DNA of 64,000 nucleotides from Octopus bimaculoides (Eukaryota). Positions 23,518 to 35,880 of the stretch are shown in pieces. Numbering within the stretch: the first letter of the stretch is position 1; each line of letters opens with the position of its first letter. A program made the position numbers and the translations under genes. The notes below the pieces were generated by a model. It made no database searches and was not told where the DNA came from. It saw nothing but the letters and a program-made list of their open reading frames with translations. The stretch spans positions 21,828,403 to 21,892,402 of the forward strand of contig NC_069001.1 in assembly GCF_001194135.2 (NCBI RefSeq), in the 5' to 3' direction.

Positions 23518-24291
23518 CTAATAGTCCAGTGTTACATAAGTGATACTATGATTATCATCATCAGTACTATCAGTAAAGCTCTCGGTGTTAGAACAGTCGA
23601 TGTGATAATGAATAGTTGTGTAATCCATATCTACATCAAAAACGGAGTGATTATAAGGTGTGATGGCTGTGCTATATACGGAACCAAGATTAACCACTTC
23701 GTCACCTCTGATATTGTTGCCAAACGCCCTGTTAAGTTTGTGTGTGAAAATATTAAAAGTTGAGAGAATTGGCTGACAATTGATACAATCATCGCTGGTT
23801 TTAGCTACTTGACTGCTATAAACGACTTCAACAGAATGTCCTATGATAGAACTGCTAACACTTCGGTCATGGCAAATAATGTTACTGTAACAAAGATCAT
23901 TATTGTTGCGGCTGCTAGTCTTATTAATAGCGATTCTACTATTATTATTACTATTATAATTACTATTAAGGACACCGTTACTCTCCTTATATTTATGATA
24001 TTTATTATTACTAGTTCTCTCGTTTCTACCACCGTCATTATTCCTACAGCTATAAAGGTAATAACTGATATTATCATCATTATCTTTATCACTATTACTA
24101 TTGTTGATCTTATAATTGCTATTATTACTGCTATTACTATTATTATTACTTTTACCATTATTATTGCTGTTCTTATTTTCTATATTAATAATAATGTTTA
24201 TATTATTTCTACTGCGATTATTGTTATTATTATTGTTGTTTTTATTGTTCGTATTATTACTATTATTATTATCATTATTATTTACAATATA
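23518..24291 (-). CDS. Stop-free 257-codon frame, probable terminal exon: Asn-rich region plus tail with several tyrosine motifs
   Basis: Checked codon by codon: no stop between TGA (24292-24294) and TAG (23518-23520). Ends ...GSVYSTAITPYNHSVFDVDMDYTTIHYHIDCSNTESFTDSTDDDNHSITYVTLDY*. No early start codon. Possible acceptor ttattacctttatag| at 24050. Confidence 0.5.
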   Translation of the reverse strand, partial: YIVNNNDNNNSNNTNNKNNNNNNNNRSRNNINIIINIENKNSNNNGKSNNNSNSSNNSNYKINNSNSDKDNDDNISYYLYSCRNNDGGRNERTSNNKYHKYKESNGVLNSNYNSNNNSRIAINKTSSRNNNDLCYSNIICHDRSVSSSIIGHSVEVVYSSQVAKTSDDCINCQPILSTFNIFTHKLNRAFGNNIRGDEVVNLGSVYSTAITPYNHSVFDVDMDYTTIHYHIDCSNTESFTDSTDDDNHSITYVTLDY

Positions 24292-24813
24292 TCAATTGCT
24301 ACGGGATATTGTGATATTACGCTTATTTATACCAGATATAATGGTTTCAAGATTAGATAATGTTGAAAAGAAAATTCTTATTCAAAGTTTATTTGAATAA
24401 ATAAGGTGACACTTCTTAGAAGGGAAAAAAACATTTTCTCTAAGGCAGCAAAAACTTTTTCAGAAAGTTTCGTAATAATGTTGCAAGTTCAATGAAGGTT
24501 AAACTATATTACGTCATCATTACGCAAAGTGCACCGGATTTTGTGTTTCTGTTGTCTAAATTTCTGTGTTTTGATGGTATGCACATGATCAGCATTGCTG
24601 CAATTTTTATTTCTACCCATTGTGTTACCAGTTATATTCGGCCACTATTGTTATGAATTTATTCCTATAAGTCACATCAGTAATGGAAAATCTTTCATTA
24701 TGATTATTGTTATTGTTATTCATTAATATAGGTCTATCATTATTACTTATGGAAGCAGAAGTGTCATTACCAGTATTATTATAATTAGTGTTTTTTGTTA
24801 ATACTGATATATA

Positions 24814-24858
<45 letters not shown>

Positions 24859-24964
24859 GTATATGTTAGTATATGGCTATATACATATATATGTATGCGG
24901 GTGTGTGTGCATATACAATTATATACGTGTATATGGGTGTATAATGATGTCCTCATATATATAT

Positions 24965-25674
24965 AACTGAGAATATGTGTTTCTATGTGTGAATCTCTAG
25001 AATTCGAGAAGTACTCAACAGTTTTTATTTACATTTTACACATGCATTACTTAGGGTCCATGGGGCGTTGTGGGCCAAAAACATTTTCAATTCCTTGCCT
25101 AATGCGGGACCGAAGCAATCTGCTACACCGGTTTGGTATTACGTGTCAAACGTGAAAGAATAACATCTATATTTTAATTTCATATAATATTGTTTCACTT
25201 TTATTGTTTCACTTTTATTGTTTCACTTTTAATTTTAATGTGATACCACTAAGATCATCTTATTTTACACACTTACCATTCAATTACCCGTCAATAATTA
25301 TCGCAGAGCAGTTGCAAATTTGCAAGATATTTACAGTTACGCATTAATACTTAAACTAACAGTTAATACATGTGCCTAACCTATACATGTATAATTATTA
25401 AATCGTCTGTTTGTCTGTTCCCAAGGCATTCTCAAACGGCTCCACCAAATCAAATCAAATTTTACAGGGTAATATTATCACACTCTCCGAGTGTCAACAT
25501 ATAATTATTTTTATTTCGATTAAACTAATATAAGATCTTATAGAGATAATCTTTCTATAGTCAAATATAGTACAGGACATGACAACTACGACGACGACAA
25601 CGTCACATTTTGTATATGCGTGTGTATTTGTCTGTTAGTGTATGTGTGTGTGTGTATGAGTGTGCATGTGTCTG

Positions 25675-25767
<93 letters not shown>

Positions 25768-26390
25768 GCGTTCGGCGACAACGTCAAATTTTGTATATGA
25801 GCGTCTATGTCTGTGTGAGTATGCATGCGTATGTATCTGAATGTGTGCGTGTGTCTGCGTTAGGTACGTTATTTAACACACATATATCTACTCATACGTA
25901 TTCATATGTAACGACTGACATGCGTGAATGTATATCTGTGTGTGTCTCTCTTACTATAAATTATTACACCATATGAATGTCAAAATGTATTTTTTTTTAT
26001 TTCGAGTAAAACAACATAAATTTCATAGACATAATCCTTCTATAGTCAACTGTAGTACAAAACATTTTATATGAGTGTATATGCGACTCTGTGTGTGTTT
26101 GAGCGTTCGATACGTAAGAGATAGTAAAGGACATTTTATACAACGATGACGACGTCACATATATGAGTATCAACACATACATATACCTATGTGACTAGAA
26201 CGGCTGGAGGTGAAATTGTTGACAAAAAAACAATTAAATGGAAGGTCCAAGGTATATGAAAATCCTCATCTGCCGTTCAATTAACAGTTTATAATTATCG
26301 CAGCAGTTGTAAGGTTGCAGGGTATTTGCAATTTGCTTTTATTTGGTAAATTTAAATTGCATGCAAAAATATAGACTAACTATATACATA
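24965..26390 (+). mobile_element. Two tandem non-autonomous Helitron-like elements
   Basis: 24965-25160 is homologous to the 5' end of the Helitron at 40284 (tgagaat(a/g)tgtgt...gaat...ctcgagaa(g/c)tac...ttttacacatgc(a/c)ttacttaggg). Both units end in a similar aattatcgcag..gcagttg..a..ttgca..g.tattt segment (25295, 26295). The second has three internal acgacaacgtcacattttgtatatg-like repeats. Confidence 0.5.
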
Positions 26391-26739
26391 CAACTGCTTA
26401 TAAAAATATTGATAAATGTATATTTTTTCTACGTTCATAATAATTTGTTTAAAATATTGAAAAAATGCATCACCATTGATCTAGATGCCCCGTAAACATA
26501 AACCCGAAATGCCAAATCTTCCCTTTCTATCAATTCACCGGAAAACACCTCAACCTAATTCCATTTAAATAAGGAAAGCATACTCATTAAAAAATATAAA
26601 CGACAGCTAAATATCCTTTAGAAAGAAGAAAAGACACTAATGAGAAAAAGAAAAAAAAATCAATTTCTCCCCCCCCCCAAGCAACCTGGAACAACAAACA
26701 ATTTAAAAAACTTTAGTAACAGTCTTTCACTCAGGTTTC

Positions 26740-26960
26740 GAAACCGTAACTCCCAATCACCATACAATAATACCACACAAACACGAGTTGCTGACGCCAC
26801 TCAACTCTAGACCAATCAAAATCGAACTTTAGCAAATACAACAAAATGACCCATTAAGAGAATCAACCAATCGGAACGACAGGGAAGCCAACCAGCCTGA
26901 GCGACAAACTTGATCACCGGAAAAACAAGACGTCACCAGTAATTTAACGAATCAAAAATG
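26740..26960. promoter_or_regulatory. Candidate Pol II promoter island
   Basis: Three RCCAATC(A/G)-type boxes (CCAAT at 26753, 26812, 26867), CRE-like TGACGCCA (26792) and GACGTCAC (26929), ETS core CCGGAA (26917). Non-repetitive and locally CpG-richer. Confidence 0.5.
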
Positions 26961-27465
26961 AGATCCGCTTGTGGAAGAAATTTATAACTACACAGGATTC
27001 CAAAACACACCTTTGCAGCGAAAGTTCCTACATACGACGGAAAGAGGATCAGAGAAATTGTAAACCAAAACCCTTGTTTTACTATCTTCATTTCGCAATT
27101 GCTTTTTTCCCTCTGAACTTACTATGACAGAAACTTTGATGATATTCATTTCTTGTCGATCACTACTAACACTAATGAGCTTCGTACATTCAAATAAATT
27201 GATGCATAGTTTTATCCTTATTGACTGTCATGAACATTTAAACTTGTCAACATCGAAATTTTTAAACATGTTTTACTAATTCATAACTCTAAATGTTTAC
27301 CATTGATAATCAAAACATTGTTGAAACTAGTTTGGTATATATGTATATATGTATATATGTATATATGTAAATGAATTTATTTTAAACAATTAAGTTTTGC
27401 AAATTTAGGTGCATTTTCAACAAATTTGCCTGTATTTTTTCCTGCGTGGAAATACATCTCTTTTG

Positions 27466-27504
<39 letters not shown>

Positions 27505-28532
27505 AACATAAAAACTAAACTAAGGGTGTGTGAGTATGCACAATGCACACCCATGTATGAAAACATAAACTAACGTATATATCAATACTTATGTGTGTGT
27601 TCTAAGGTCGCACGAATGGCGATTGTACAAATCTCTTCATTTTGTCTCTTCATTGTCTCTTCATGGTTTGTATGTTTTTATTATTTAATTTTTTTTATAT
27701 TAATATATTTCTCTGCATGTTTACTTTATGCGTATTTTACTATTATGCATACTTGTCATGCATTTGTGTACATCATTAATAAATAAGTGCATGTGTGTGT
27801 ATGTGTGTATACGTTTGTGTTTGTGTGTGGGGGAAAGGGGTCTGTCTCCAAAACTTTGAAGCTGAGTAACATTTTCATGTTTGGATTTATAAATTACGAT
27901 AAGAATAATACTAGTCAACAAAAATTTTTCCCAAGAAGAATAACTGTTTCTTATATGTTTTGCATGCAGAATTCAAGAATAATGTCAAATTATCTGTACA
28001 AATATCACATATTCCATTCATCTTCATAATGGGAAAAAAACAAATAAACATCTCAAACTTTTGCTATATATGACGAAAAATGTCTATAATAAAATTCTAA
28101 TTCATAAATATAAATGTTTATTAAAACAAAATAAAATACGCGGGTGAAGTATATCTCGTGGTTTGAAGAATGAACATATGCGGGTGAAACACAACACAAC
28201 GTGCGGTTGTCATGGTTACAAGCTATTAATTCCGCGCTGTCTGTTGATTAGCTAAAATTACCCAAATTTCCCAACTTTAATTCCAAATAACATCAGATTC
28301 TTTAATTTACGAGATAAAATAATTGGTTGATCGTAATCAAAATTCAGAGTTGCATTGATGCTCCAAAATTGAAAGCAATCTGAACAAAATTAAAGGGAGC
28401 TCATTTTGCGAATGAGAAGTTCTATATTTCTTGTGCATATCCTCACGTTCGTTTTTTTCTCATTTCTTTCTTTTCTTTTCAGTTTTTTTTTATTGTTTTC
28501 TCTTTGAATTGACTATATATTGTCCAGGTAAA

Positions 28533-28579
28533 TCCAACTGATGAAGACTAATCAAATTTACGATGTCAAACGTATTTGA
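28533..28579 (+). ncRNA. Decayed minimal hammerhead motif
   Basis: TCCAA-CTGATGA-A-GAC...GTC-AAAC-GTA-TTTGA: G12 missing, one stem I mismatch. Confidence 0.5.
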
Positions 28580-28776
28580 GGAGTCTGATACCTAGGTACT
28601 GGATTCTAGTTGTCCTATTTTTTAATATTCTTCCTAGAGATAAGACCAAATTTTTCATGTTTGCCGCCCTCACACGTCTTTGCCAGTATATACACACTGA
28701 AGATTTACTATAACGTCGTAAATGTATCGACTGCTATTTCCAGTAAACATTGGTGCTTTCTTGTACNNNNNNNNNN

Positions 28777-28822
<46 letters not shown>

Positions 28823-30335
28823 AGACGTATATATGTATGTATGTATATAAGCATATGAAAGCAAAATCAACAAATCACTTTTCCTTAATTGTAAATTGCT
28901 AGATTTCATGCTGCGTCATGACGTATTGTACGTTTCCTTTTAGAATAAATTAGAAAAAATTCTCTCCTTTTGCAAGTTCTCCTCTTTCTCTTTATCTCTT
29001 TCACCAAATAACTCCCTCTATTTCCTATTCCCTCTCTTAATTATACTTTTCCTCTCTATATGTTTTCATTTCTTACTCTCTTAATTGGTTTTTGCAGAAA
29101 TATTTTTGTCTGGTTCTCAAGGTTCCCTGTTTTATAAATTTATTTTTCTTTATTTGATAAATTAATTTTATATTAATGATTGTCAATTTGTTTCCTATGG
29201 TGTCATTATTTTTGTGTCAGCATATATATCTGTATATTTTAATTAGCTTTTTATTCATGTATATTGAAGTATTAATCTTTAATAAATTATTCCAGTTAGT
29301 TTTAACATGTATATAAATATTTAAGCCGAGTCTGTCTAACCCCGTTAGACGTAACTTTAATAGCACAGTGCAAGATTAAATTAATTATAGAATTTATGTT
29401 TGTTCTCGTATTCTATTACTTGAAATCACTTGAAATCATTCTGGAACCTATTCCGTCACTCATTTTACAAAATGGAATCGATTTAATTTTTTGTCGTGTA
29501 AATATCAACGTTTTCAACAATTTAATCCTCATTTTTTGTGAAATGTCATAGTTTTTCATGCCATGTCCTAAGGATTGCACAGAAATCTTGAGATATTAAA
29601 TGATAGCATTATTGAGGCTTAAACGGAATGTATTAAATTAATTAAATAATTATGAATGGAAATAAGTACACGTTTCCAAATATTCCATAGAGTCAAATTT
29701 AGAATTGCATTATCGCTTAAATAATTACAATGATAACTCTTACTCCCCCTCTCTCTTTCTCTTTTACTTTCTGTGTCTACTACTGCGTTTATCTTTCTTT
29801 GTATTGCCGTTGTTGTGTCTGTCACTAACCTGGTACACCATGATAATGTATTAAGGAAGTAATTATGCGTGGAAATAAAATATAATAAATAATAAGAAAA
29901 ACGACTGTAATAAAATATCTAAGATATTGAATTGTAGAAAAGAATACAACTATAAGTAAAATTAATGTATGTAATAATAAATAAACAAACGAAGACAATA
30001 AAACATATGATAAAAATTGTCCACTTGATTAAAATAAATTAATAGAAACTTCAGCAGTGAAGAGATTATGTATTTGAGTTAAAGCAGCATTAGTGTAAAT
30101 TGTCGATTAATTTTATAGATATTCTTCCAAAAGAAAACTAAAAGCACAAGATTCTAAAGCAAAGTATGGATCTTTTCCCTTTGAACGGCAAATCGAGAAA
30201 TTAATTTTTGTGACTAAACTCTTTCAAACTTCGGACACTGGCAGAATGTGTCATATAAAACATCTTTTACTCTTAGCGTTGTCGAGAAAAGTTTCTATTT
30301 TCAAAGTTATTTCGTGTTAAATTTGTCGTATTTTG

Positions 30336-30631
30336 GTAATTTCAATCAATCAATGACGTGTATTCAGCTAAACCTAACCCTAACCCTAACCCTAACCCTA
30401 ACCCTAACCCTAAAACCCTAACCCTAACCCTAACTCTAAAACCTTAACCCTAACCCTAAAACCCTAACCCTAACCCTAACTCTAAAACCCTAACCCTAAC
30501 CCTAAAGCTAAAACCAGTACAAACGCACGAACGATGTCATGAATAACAGTGACAAATGAATTATACACCGCCTATAGTTGTTGACAAACAATAGCAGTAA
30601 TTTTATTCAGGTGATTGTTTGAAATTACTGC
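30336..30631. mobile_element. Possible Helentron/HINE-like element around the telomeric array
   Basis: 17-bp inverted repeat (GTAATTTCAATCAATCA at 30336-30352 and TGATTGTTTGAAATTAC at 30612-30628, one mismatch) plus a perfect 10-bp hairpin GCAGTAATTT/AAATTACTGC (30594-30631). Confidence 0.4.
30369..30515 (+). repeat. Interstitial telomeric-type array (TAACCC)n with variant units
   Basis: Six pure TAACCC units, then higher-order blocks TAAAACCC-TAACCC-TAACCC-(TAACTC). Confidence 0.95.
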
Positions 30632-31364
30632 ATTAGGACAACGTTAACACAAGTGTGTTCATTCAAAATGACGTATTATAGGTGAGCACTACATCGCGGA
30701 GGATTCGTGTAGTGAATATTTCGGTCCTGGAGTAGATGGTAACGGAAACACTCTGATGAGGATGGTCAGACGATTTAAACTGTAATATTATGGCACGGAA
30801 CCTCAGCGCGCCTTGTCAATAGGGCTGGGTAGACAGAATTCATGAGTGCAGCCAATGATGACAATATTTAGCGTGGAAGAAAAAGAAAAAAAACTGAAGT
30901 GCAGTTAGGTTCTGCTCGTTTCAATCACTGTATTGTCGCTGGTTTTATAGCTAATTGCACTAAAAATTGGGTTGAGTGCCGTGCAACACTTTATCCAATC
31001 AAAGCATATTCACGCACCCTAAAATCACGAAACGTTTGTACGGACTTAAATGAGTTTAGGAAGTGCCCTTACTCGGTCACAGGTTTTCTTCCACCGTATT
31101 TATTTATGCATATATGTCTACACGCATATTCTTTCATTGACAACATGAAATAAAGATGGGCTCTAAGCGTATTCATTAAGTCTTTGTTACTATATCATAT
31201 CTACTTCCTTTAAAACGGAGATGCAACTTTTCGAGCATATAATATAGGTCTTCGTGTTCACTTTCGGCATTTGATATCTATGTAAAATATATTTAACTCG
31301 AACCACTGCAGATTATAGAATCCCATATATTCAGCTACCTTTTTCTGATATAATGGTTTCAAAT

Positions 31365-31572
31365 TTTGGCACAAAGTTAGCAGTAGGGATGGGGGGGGGG
31401 GAACATCGGTTATATTGTCCCTCAAGGCTCAACTGGTGCTTCCTTATCTACCCTGAAAGAGTGAAAGTCAAAGTCGACTTTCGTGGCATTTGAACTCATG
31501 CCGTACACCCTGGCGAAATGTCGCTAAGCGTTTTGACCGGCGTGCTAACGGTTCTGCCAGTTCACTGCCTCC
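31365..31572 (-). mobile_element. tRNA-related SINE (family of 4955-5170)
   Basis: Shares aaattttggcacaa, caactggt, gtgaaagtcaaagtcgac, atttgaactca and gctaagc...cggcgtgctaacg.ttctgccag. Confidence 0.8.
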
Positions 31573-32325
31573 ATATTTCTAAAGTAATAATAATAATAAT
31601 AATAATAATAAAATCACAGATTTGTAAAAATATGTTGAATCGTTTACTATGATCACGACTCAACAGTGGTGCTTATATTACAGATGCCTTTGTGAAAGTT
31701 TTAAGATCAACAATATTAACAAAGAAAACTTAACTTTTGCCGATATTGATTGAATGAAAGCAAATTTAGTGAAGGAAACACACTTAAGGACTTAAATTCT
31801 TTTTCGTTTATTGCAAGTAACCATGGCCTTGGGTAGAATTTAATATTCACTTGAAGCACGGACTTTAATACCAATTCAAAGGAACAATTTTCACTGCATA
31901 TCACATCACCAACACTATTACTCAGTATTTCACTAATCTTCATGACAGAAAAAAAGTAATAACAATAACAATATAACGTATCAAATCAACATACATTACC
32001 GATTCAATGATTACAGAAAGCACTTAACAATGATGTCATTAAGTATGTTGATATAATTGGCATAATACCTAAAAGAGTTTCAGAGACAGACAGAAAAGCA
32101 TTGTGAACTTTACCTCTAAGGTTCATATCCCCCGAATGTGCCTGCTTATTTCTAACTCAAATCAATTAAACGACTCTTTAAATCCCCATCAATTAACTAA
32201 ACCCTAAATCTACGGCTGGAGGCTAATTTCTAGCTGTGTTAATCTCCTTACTTTTGATAATTGAAATATCCTTGAGATTTTATGATATATAGAATTATAT
32301 AGAATGTGAAAGTGATGTGGGCATG

Positions 32326-32357
<32 letters not shown>

Positions 32358-33527
32358 TATACATATATGTATGTATATATNNNNNNNNNNNNNNNNNNNN
32401 NNNNNNNNNNNNNNNNNNNNNNNNNNNNNNNNNNNNNNNNNNNNNNNNNNNNNNNNNNNNNNNNNNNNNNNNNNNNNNNNNATATGCATGTTTGTGTAAG
32501 CGTGAATGAAAATAGGATATTGAATTTGAATAATATTATTTAAGGAAAAAGAGAAACAGCAGAAAAAAATAGTGTGCTGAGTCGGACAAGGGAATGCACA
32601 TGTCAGAAATGTAGGAAAATATAAAGCGAAGAATGAAATTCTAAGTATCAGTCAATAAATAGTGCTAACCAATTAACTTAACACTTATCGAAAATACTTT
32701 TGCTGTGTATGTGATTTGTTCGAGCACAATTTGAGAAATGCAAACTCGTTGATAAAGATGAAGTTGTTTCTCCTGTTGTATTGTCCGGATTTGAGATATA
32801 AAATCTTGGTTTCAGAATAATTGCTGACTATTAATTACAGGAAGACTGAAATTACCCATCCCTAATATGTTTCCAGAGTTCCATTACTGAATTCAAATTC
32901 CTTGGACACACATAGAACTATAAGCGAGATACTTGGAGTAGTCTGCTGAGCCCAATTATGGTAGCCATTAACCTTGTGAATACGCACCGATCATTAAAGA
33001 CATCGGAAAATAGTTATTTGCTTCAAAAGAACATAGATGGAACTAGAAACTCTTTTATTTGTTCGGTGTAGACATTCATCAAGTCATGGCAAAGCCTCAA
33101 ATTTCACCTTAACATTAATATGGAAGTTGTTCAGGTGCGAGTCGGTTAGGGTAACGAAGGGAGTTATAGGGTTTTTCGGCAATTAAGCTTCTCCCCACCA
33201 GCATCTGTTGGGAGGTGGTCGAGTGGTTTGAAAGTTTAAGAGAATTGCCTTTATCGTCTAGCTGTTATTTTATGATACTTCAGGACTCTCATTTTACATA
33301 CTATGGGTGGAAGAAGAGAATTGCTCATGGCCTTGGCAGGCCGACATAGATAGGAAAAACGGGAAAACCGTTTTGCAGGTAAACACCGGTATGGAAGCTA
33401 TAAACAAGGGCGTTCCAGATTGAATATTTTCTGATGAGAAACCTGCACAGTATTTATGTGTGATCTGAGGTTTTAAACACCACAAGGAGTATGAAAGGAA
33501 GGGGTGAATAAGACGGCAAGTACTTAC

Positions 33528-33571
33528 CTAGATATGATGGTGTATAGCAGTAGCAACAACAGCAGCAGCAT
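33528..33571 (-). CDS. Candidate first coding exon with signal-peptide-like sequence (MLLLLLLLLYTIIS)
   Basis: ATG at 33571, hydrophobic run, perfect donor AG|GTAAGT (33527-33522). It could equally be a (CAG/TTG) microsatellite next to a chance donor. Confidence 0.25.
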
Positions 33572-35044
33572 TTCAGATGTGATAGAAATAGAGCAATGTA
33601 GGCTTCATGTGTCGTAGAATGTCGATATTTGCAGATAAAATGCTTTTTAGTTTTGAAGGGTAGGCAAGGATGCCATGCTAGTTATGTGTAAAAATGAAAT
33701 CTTTCCCAACAGTTAAAGCCAATAGATAAAGCGATTTTGAGGGCTCTTGATAAAAACTGCTTATGATTAAATAGGTAGTGGTGCGATGATATCTTTGCGA
33801 TATCAGTAGAGTTTCTGTTTTCTTGACATATTTCCATTGGTGCATACTTTCAAGATCATAGCTTATGTTTCTGTATGCTTTGTGTATGGTATCTAAATTG
33901 TGGCAGCAAATAAATCACTGATGTATAGAAGAAAGGAACGGCGACACAAGAGCGAACCCTGAATTTATAAAATGAGAAATAGAGCTTCGTTAGCCAAAGC
34001 AACACTACTTTTCGATTGGGGCTGACACTGGGAATGTTGCCGTACTGGAGTGAATATTGCAATTGAGGTTGATGTGCTAAAGCAAGAATGCTTCTAATGA
34101 ATTTTTCTCCTGTTCTACCATGGCTAAAGGAGTGTAATTTTGGACAAAAAGCTGCTGGTGCTTGGGTTATCTTTGGTTGTTGTTTCTTTGCCGGATATTG
34201 TCGCAAGTACTGTTTTTGTTCTCTCCAAACCCCTTGTCACCTGACTTATGCGAAGTAAACTGATCAACATTTCCGTAGCAATGGTTGGTGTTACTGTAGT
34301 GGCTGCTACCACTAGAAGAGAGAGTGGGTTTGGTAAAGTTGAATTTGTTGTGTTGAAGAGTGTGACAAAGTGTGTTTCGTAATTGTGTGTCTACTTCCTT
34401 GGAACGTAAAAAAGGAAGTTGTAGGGCAAAGTCTGTCTTATTGGGAATTGCAGCAGGTTTGTTTGTTTTGTTATTCAAGTGAATGGGATGCAGAGAAATT
34501 TTGTATTTATAAAAAATTGAGTTCATTGATTCGAGGAGTGATGCATGGAAGTCGATGGATAGTGGGCTGGGCTGACGTCATGAATATTGTGACAGTTGAA
34601 TGTGTTTAGGATGTGATGTTAGTACACGATTTATTGGATAAAGATAAAGAAGAAAAAGAAACTGATTACTTATAGGTGATAGCGATAGTAGCAGCAGCCA
34701 CAGTACATGCATGTAATGAGGATGATGATGAACATGATGATGACGATATAGTTTTGGCTGCCATGGTGATGGGTATGCAGGTTTAGAATGCCAAGAATCT
34801 ACTGTACTAGTAATAAAAGGATGGACTGGAATGACCCGAGGTCACTAAGGTCAGTGTTGCATATTGGTTGTTCTCAGTTTCTATTTTACCGCTGTTGTTC
34901 ATCGAAAAGAAAATAGGGAAACATTTCCTCACATGTTTTCTAGAGAGACGAGAGGTTTTCAAGAGACCTGGCAGTTTGTTTTCAATTTGAATATTTTTTT
35001 CAGAGCATATTACCAAAGCCAGGCAAAAGTTTTGTTTATAATTC

Positions 35045-35192
35045 TTTGACTTTCATTGTTTGACTGTGGCCATGCTGGGGCATCGCCTTGCAGGGTTTTA
35101 GTGAACAGACTCAACGGCAGTACGTACATTTTTTAAGCTTTGTAGTTATTCTATCGGTTGTCAAGTGGTGGTCTGGGATAAACAAAAGCACC

Positions 35193-35200
<8 letters not shown>
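35045..35200 (-). mobile_element. SINE 3' fragment (microsatellite-bearing family)
   Basis: ttgactgtggccatgctggggcatcgcc...tattctatcggttgtcaag...acaaaagcaccaacacac matches 22340-22520 with a deletion. Confidence 0.7.
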
Positions 35201-35256
<56 letters not shown>

Positions 35257-35794
35257 CATATTCATACACATCTCTATCTTCTGCTTTCTCTCTCTATGTT
35301 TACATATATGTATATANNNNNNNNNNNNNNNNNNNNNNNNNNTATATATATATATATATATATATATATCAAAAGGATACTATTCCACATATACAAAAAC
35401 AGACATACCAACAATTCAACATACCTCCATCATCAGCTGCCCCACGGATATCATTATGGTTTCGAGACCTGGGCAGTACCATTCAATCCGGTGGTGTCAA
35501 CAGCACTAAAAAAATATATATAAAGTGAGTTTGGAGGGATATATTATCCGCTTGGATACCGTATTAGGTCTCAGTTAAGTTCCAGTCAACGGCTAACCAC
35601 AACGATCATTATTTAACGTCTGCAGCTATAATTTGTTGTTAGTCACTCCGTGAATTCTTTCGTTGGGTAGTTGCCCGTACTCTTCGCTGGACGGTAAATT
35701 TTGTCTGGAGTGTATGGTTATTATTAATAATAAAGTGTATGAGGAATTGTATATCTACAAAATTTGTTTTATAGTTATATACAGCATATTGTAA

Positions 35795-35880
35795 TGACCT
35801 ATATATGTTTTCGCTGCAGCGTCAACTCACTGTTGCAAATTCAACTTTGCATTATTGTCGGTGCAGCTTCATCAGGGTCC
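35795..35880 (-). ncRNA. Hammerhead ribozyme relic in PLE terminal repeat
   Basis: GACC-CTGATGA-A-GCTGCA-[~43 nt]-TGCAGC-GAAA-ACATAT-ATA-GGTC: perfect 6-bp stem II, 4-bp stem I, damaged stem III. Confidence 0.7.

Noticed and set aside
23809-24360. 183-aa Ile-rich plus-strand ORF
   Set aside because: Antisense shadow of AAT-rich sequence; the minus frame is longer and more protein-like.
30369-30515. True telomere or fusion site
   Set aside because: Short, internal, single orientation, with higher-order variant units and no head-to-head junction.
33290-34600. Possible further PLE or LINE relic on the minus strand
   Set aside because: Only vague resemblance (e.g. KTDFALQLPF, SVIYL); no catalytic motif could be read with confidence.
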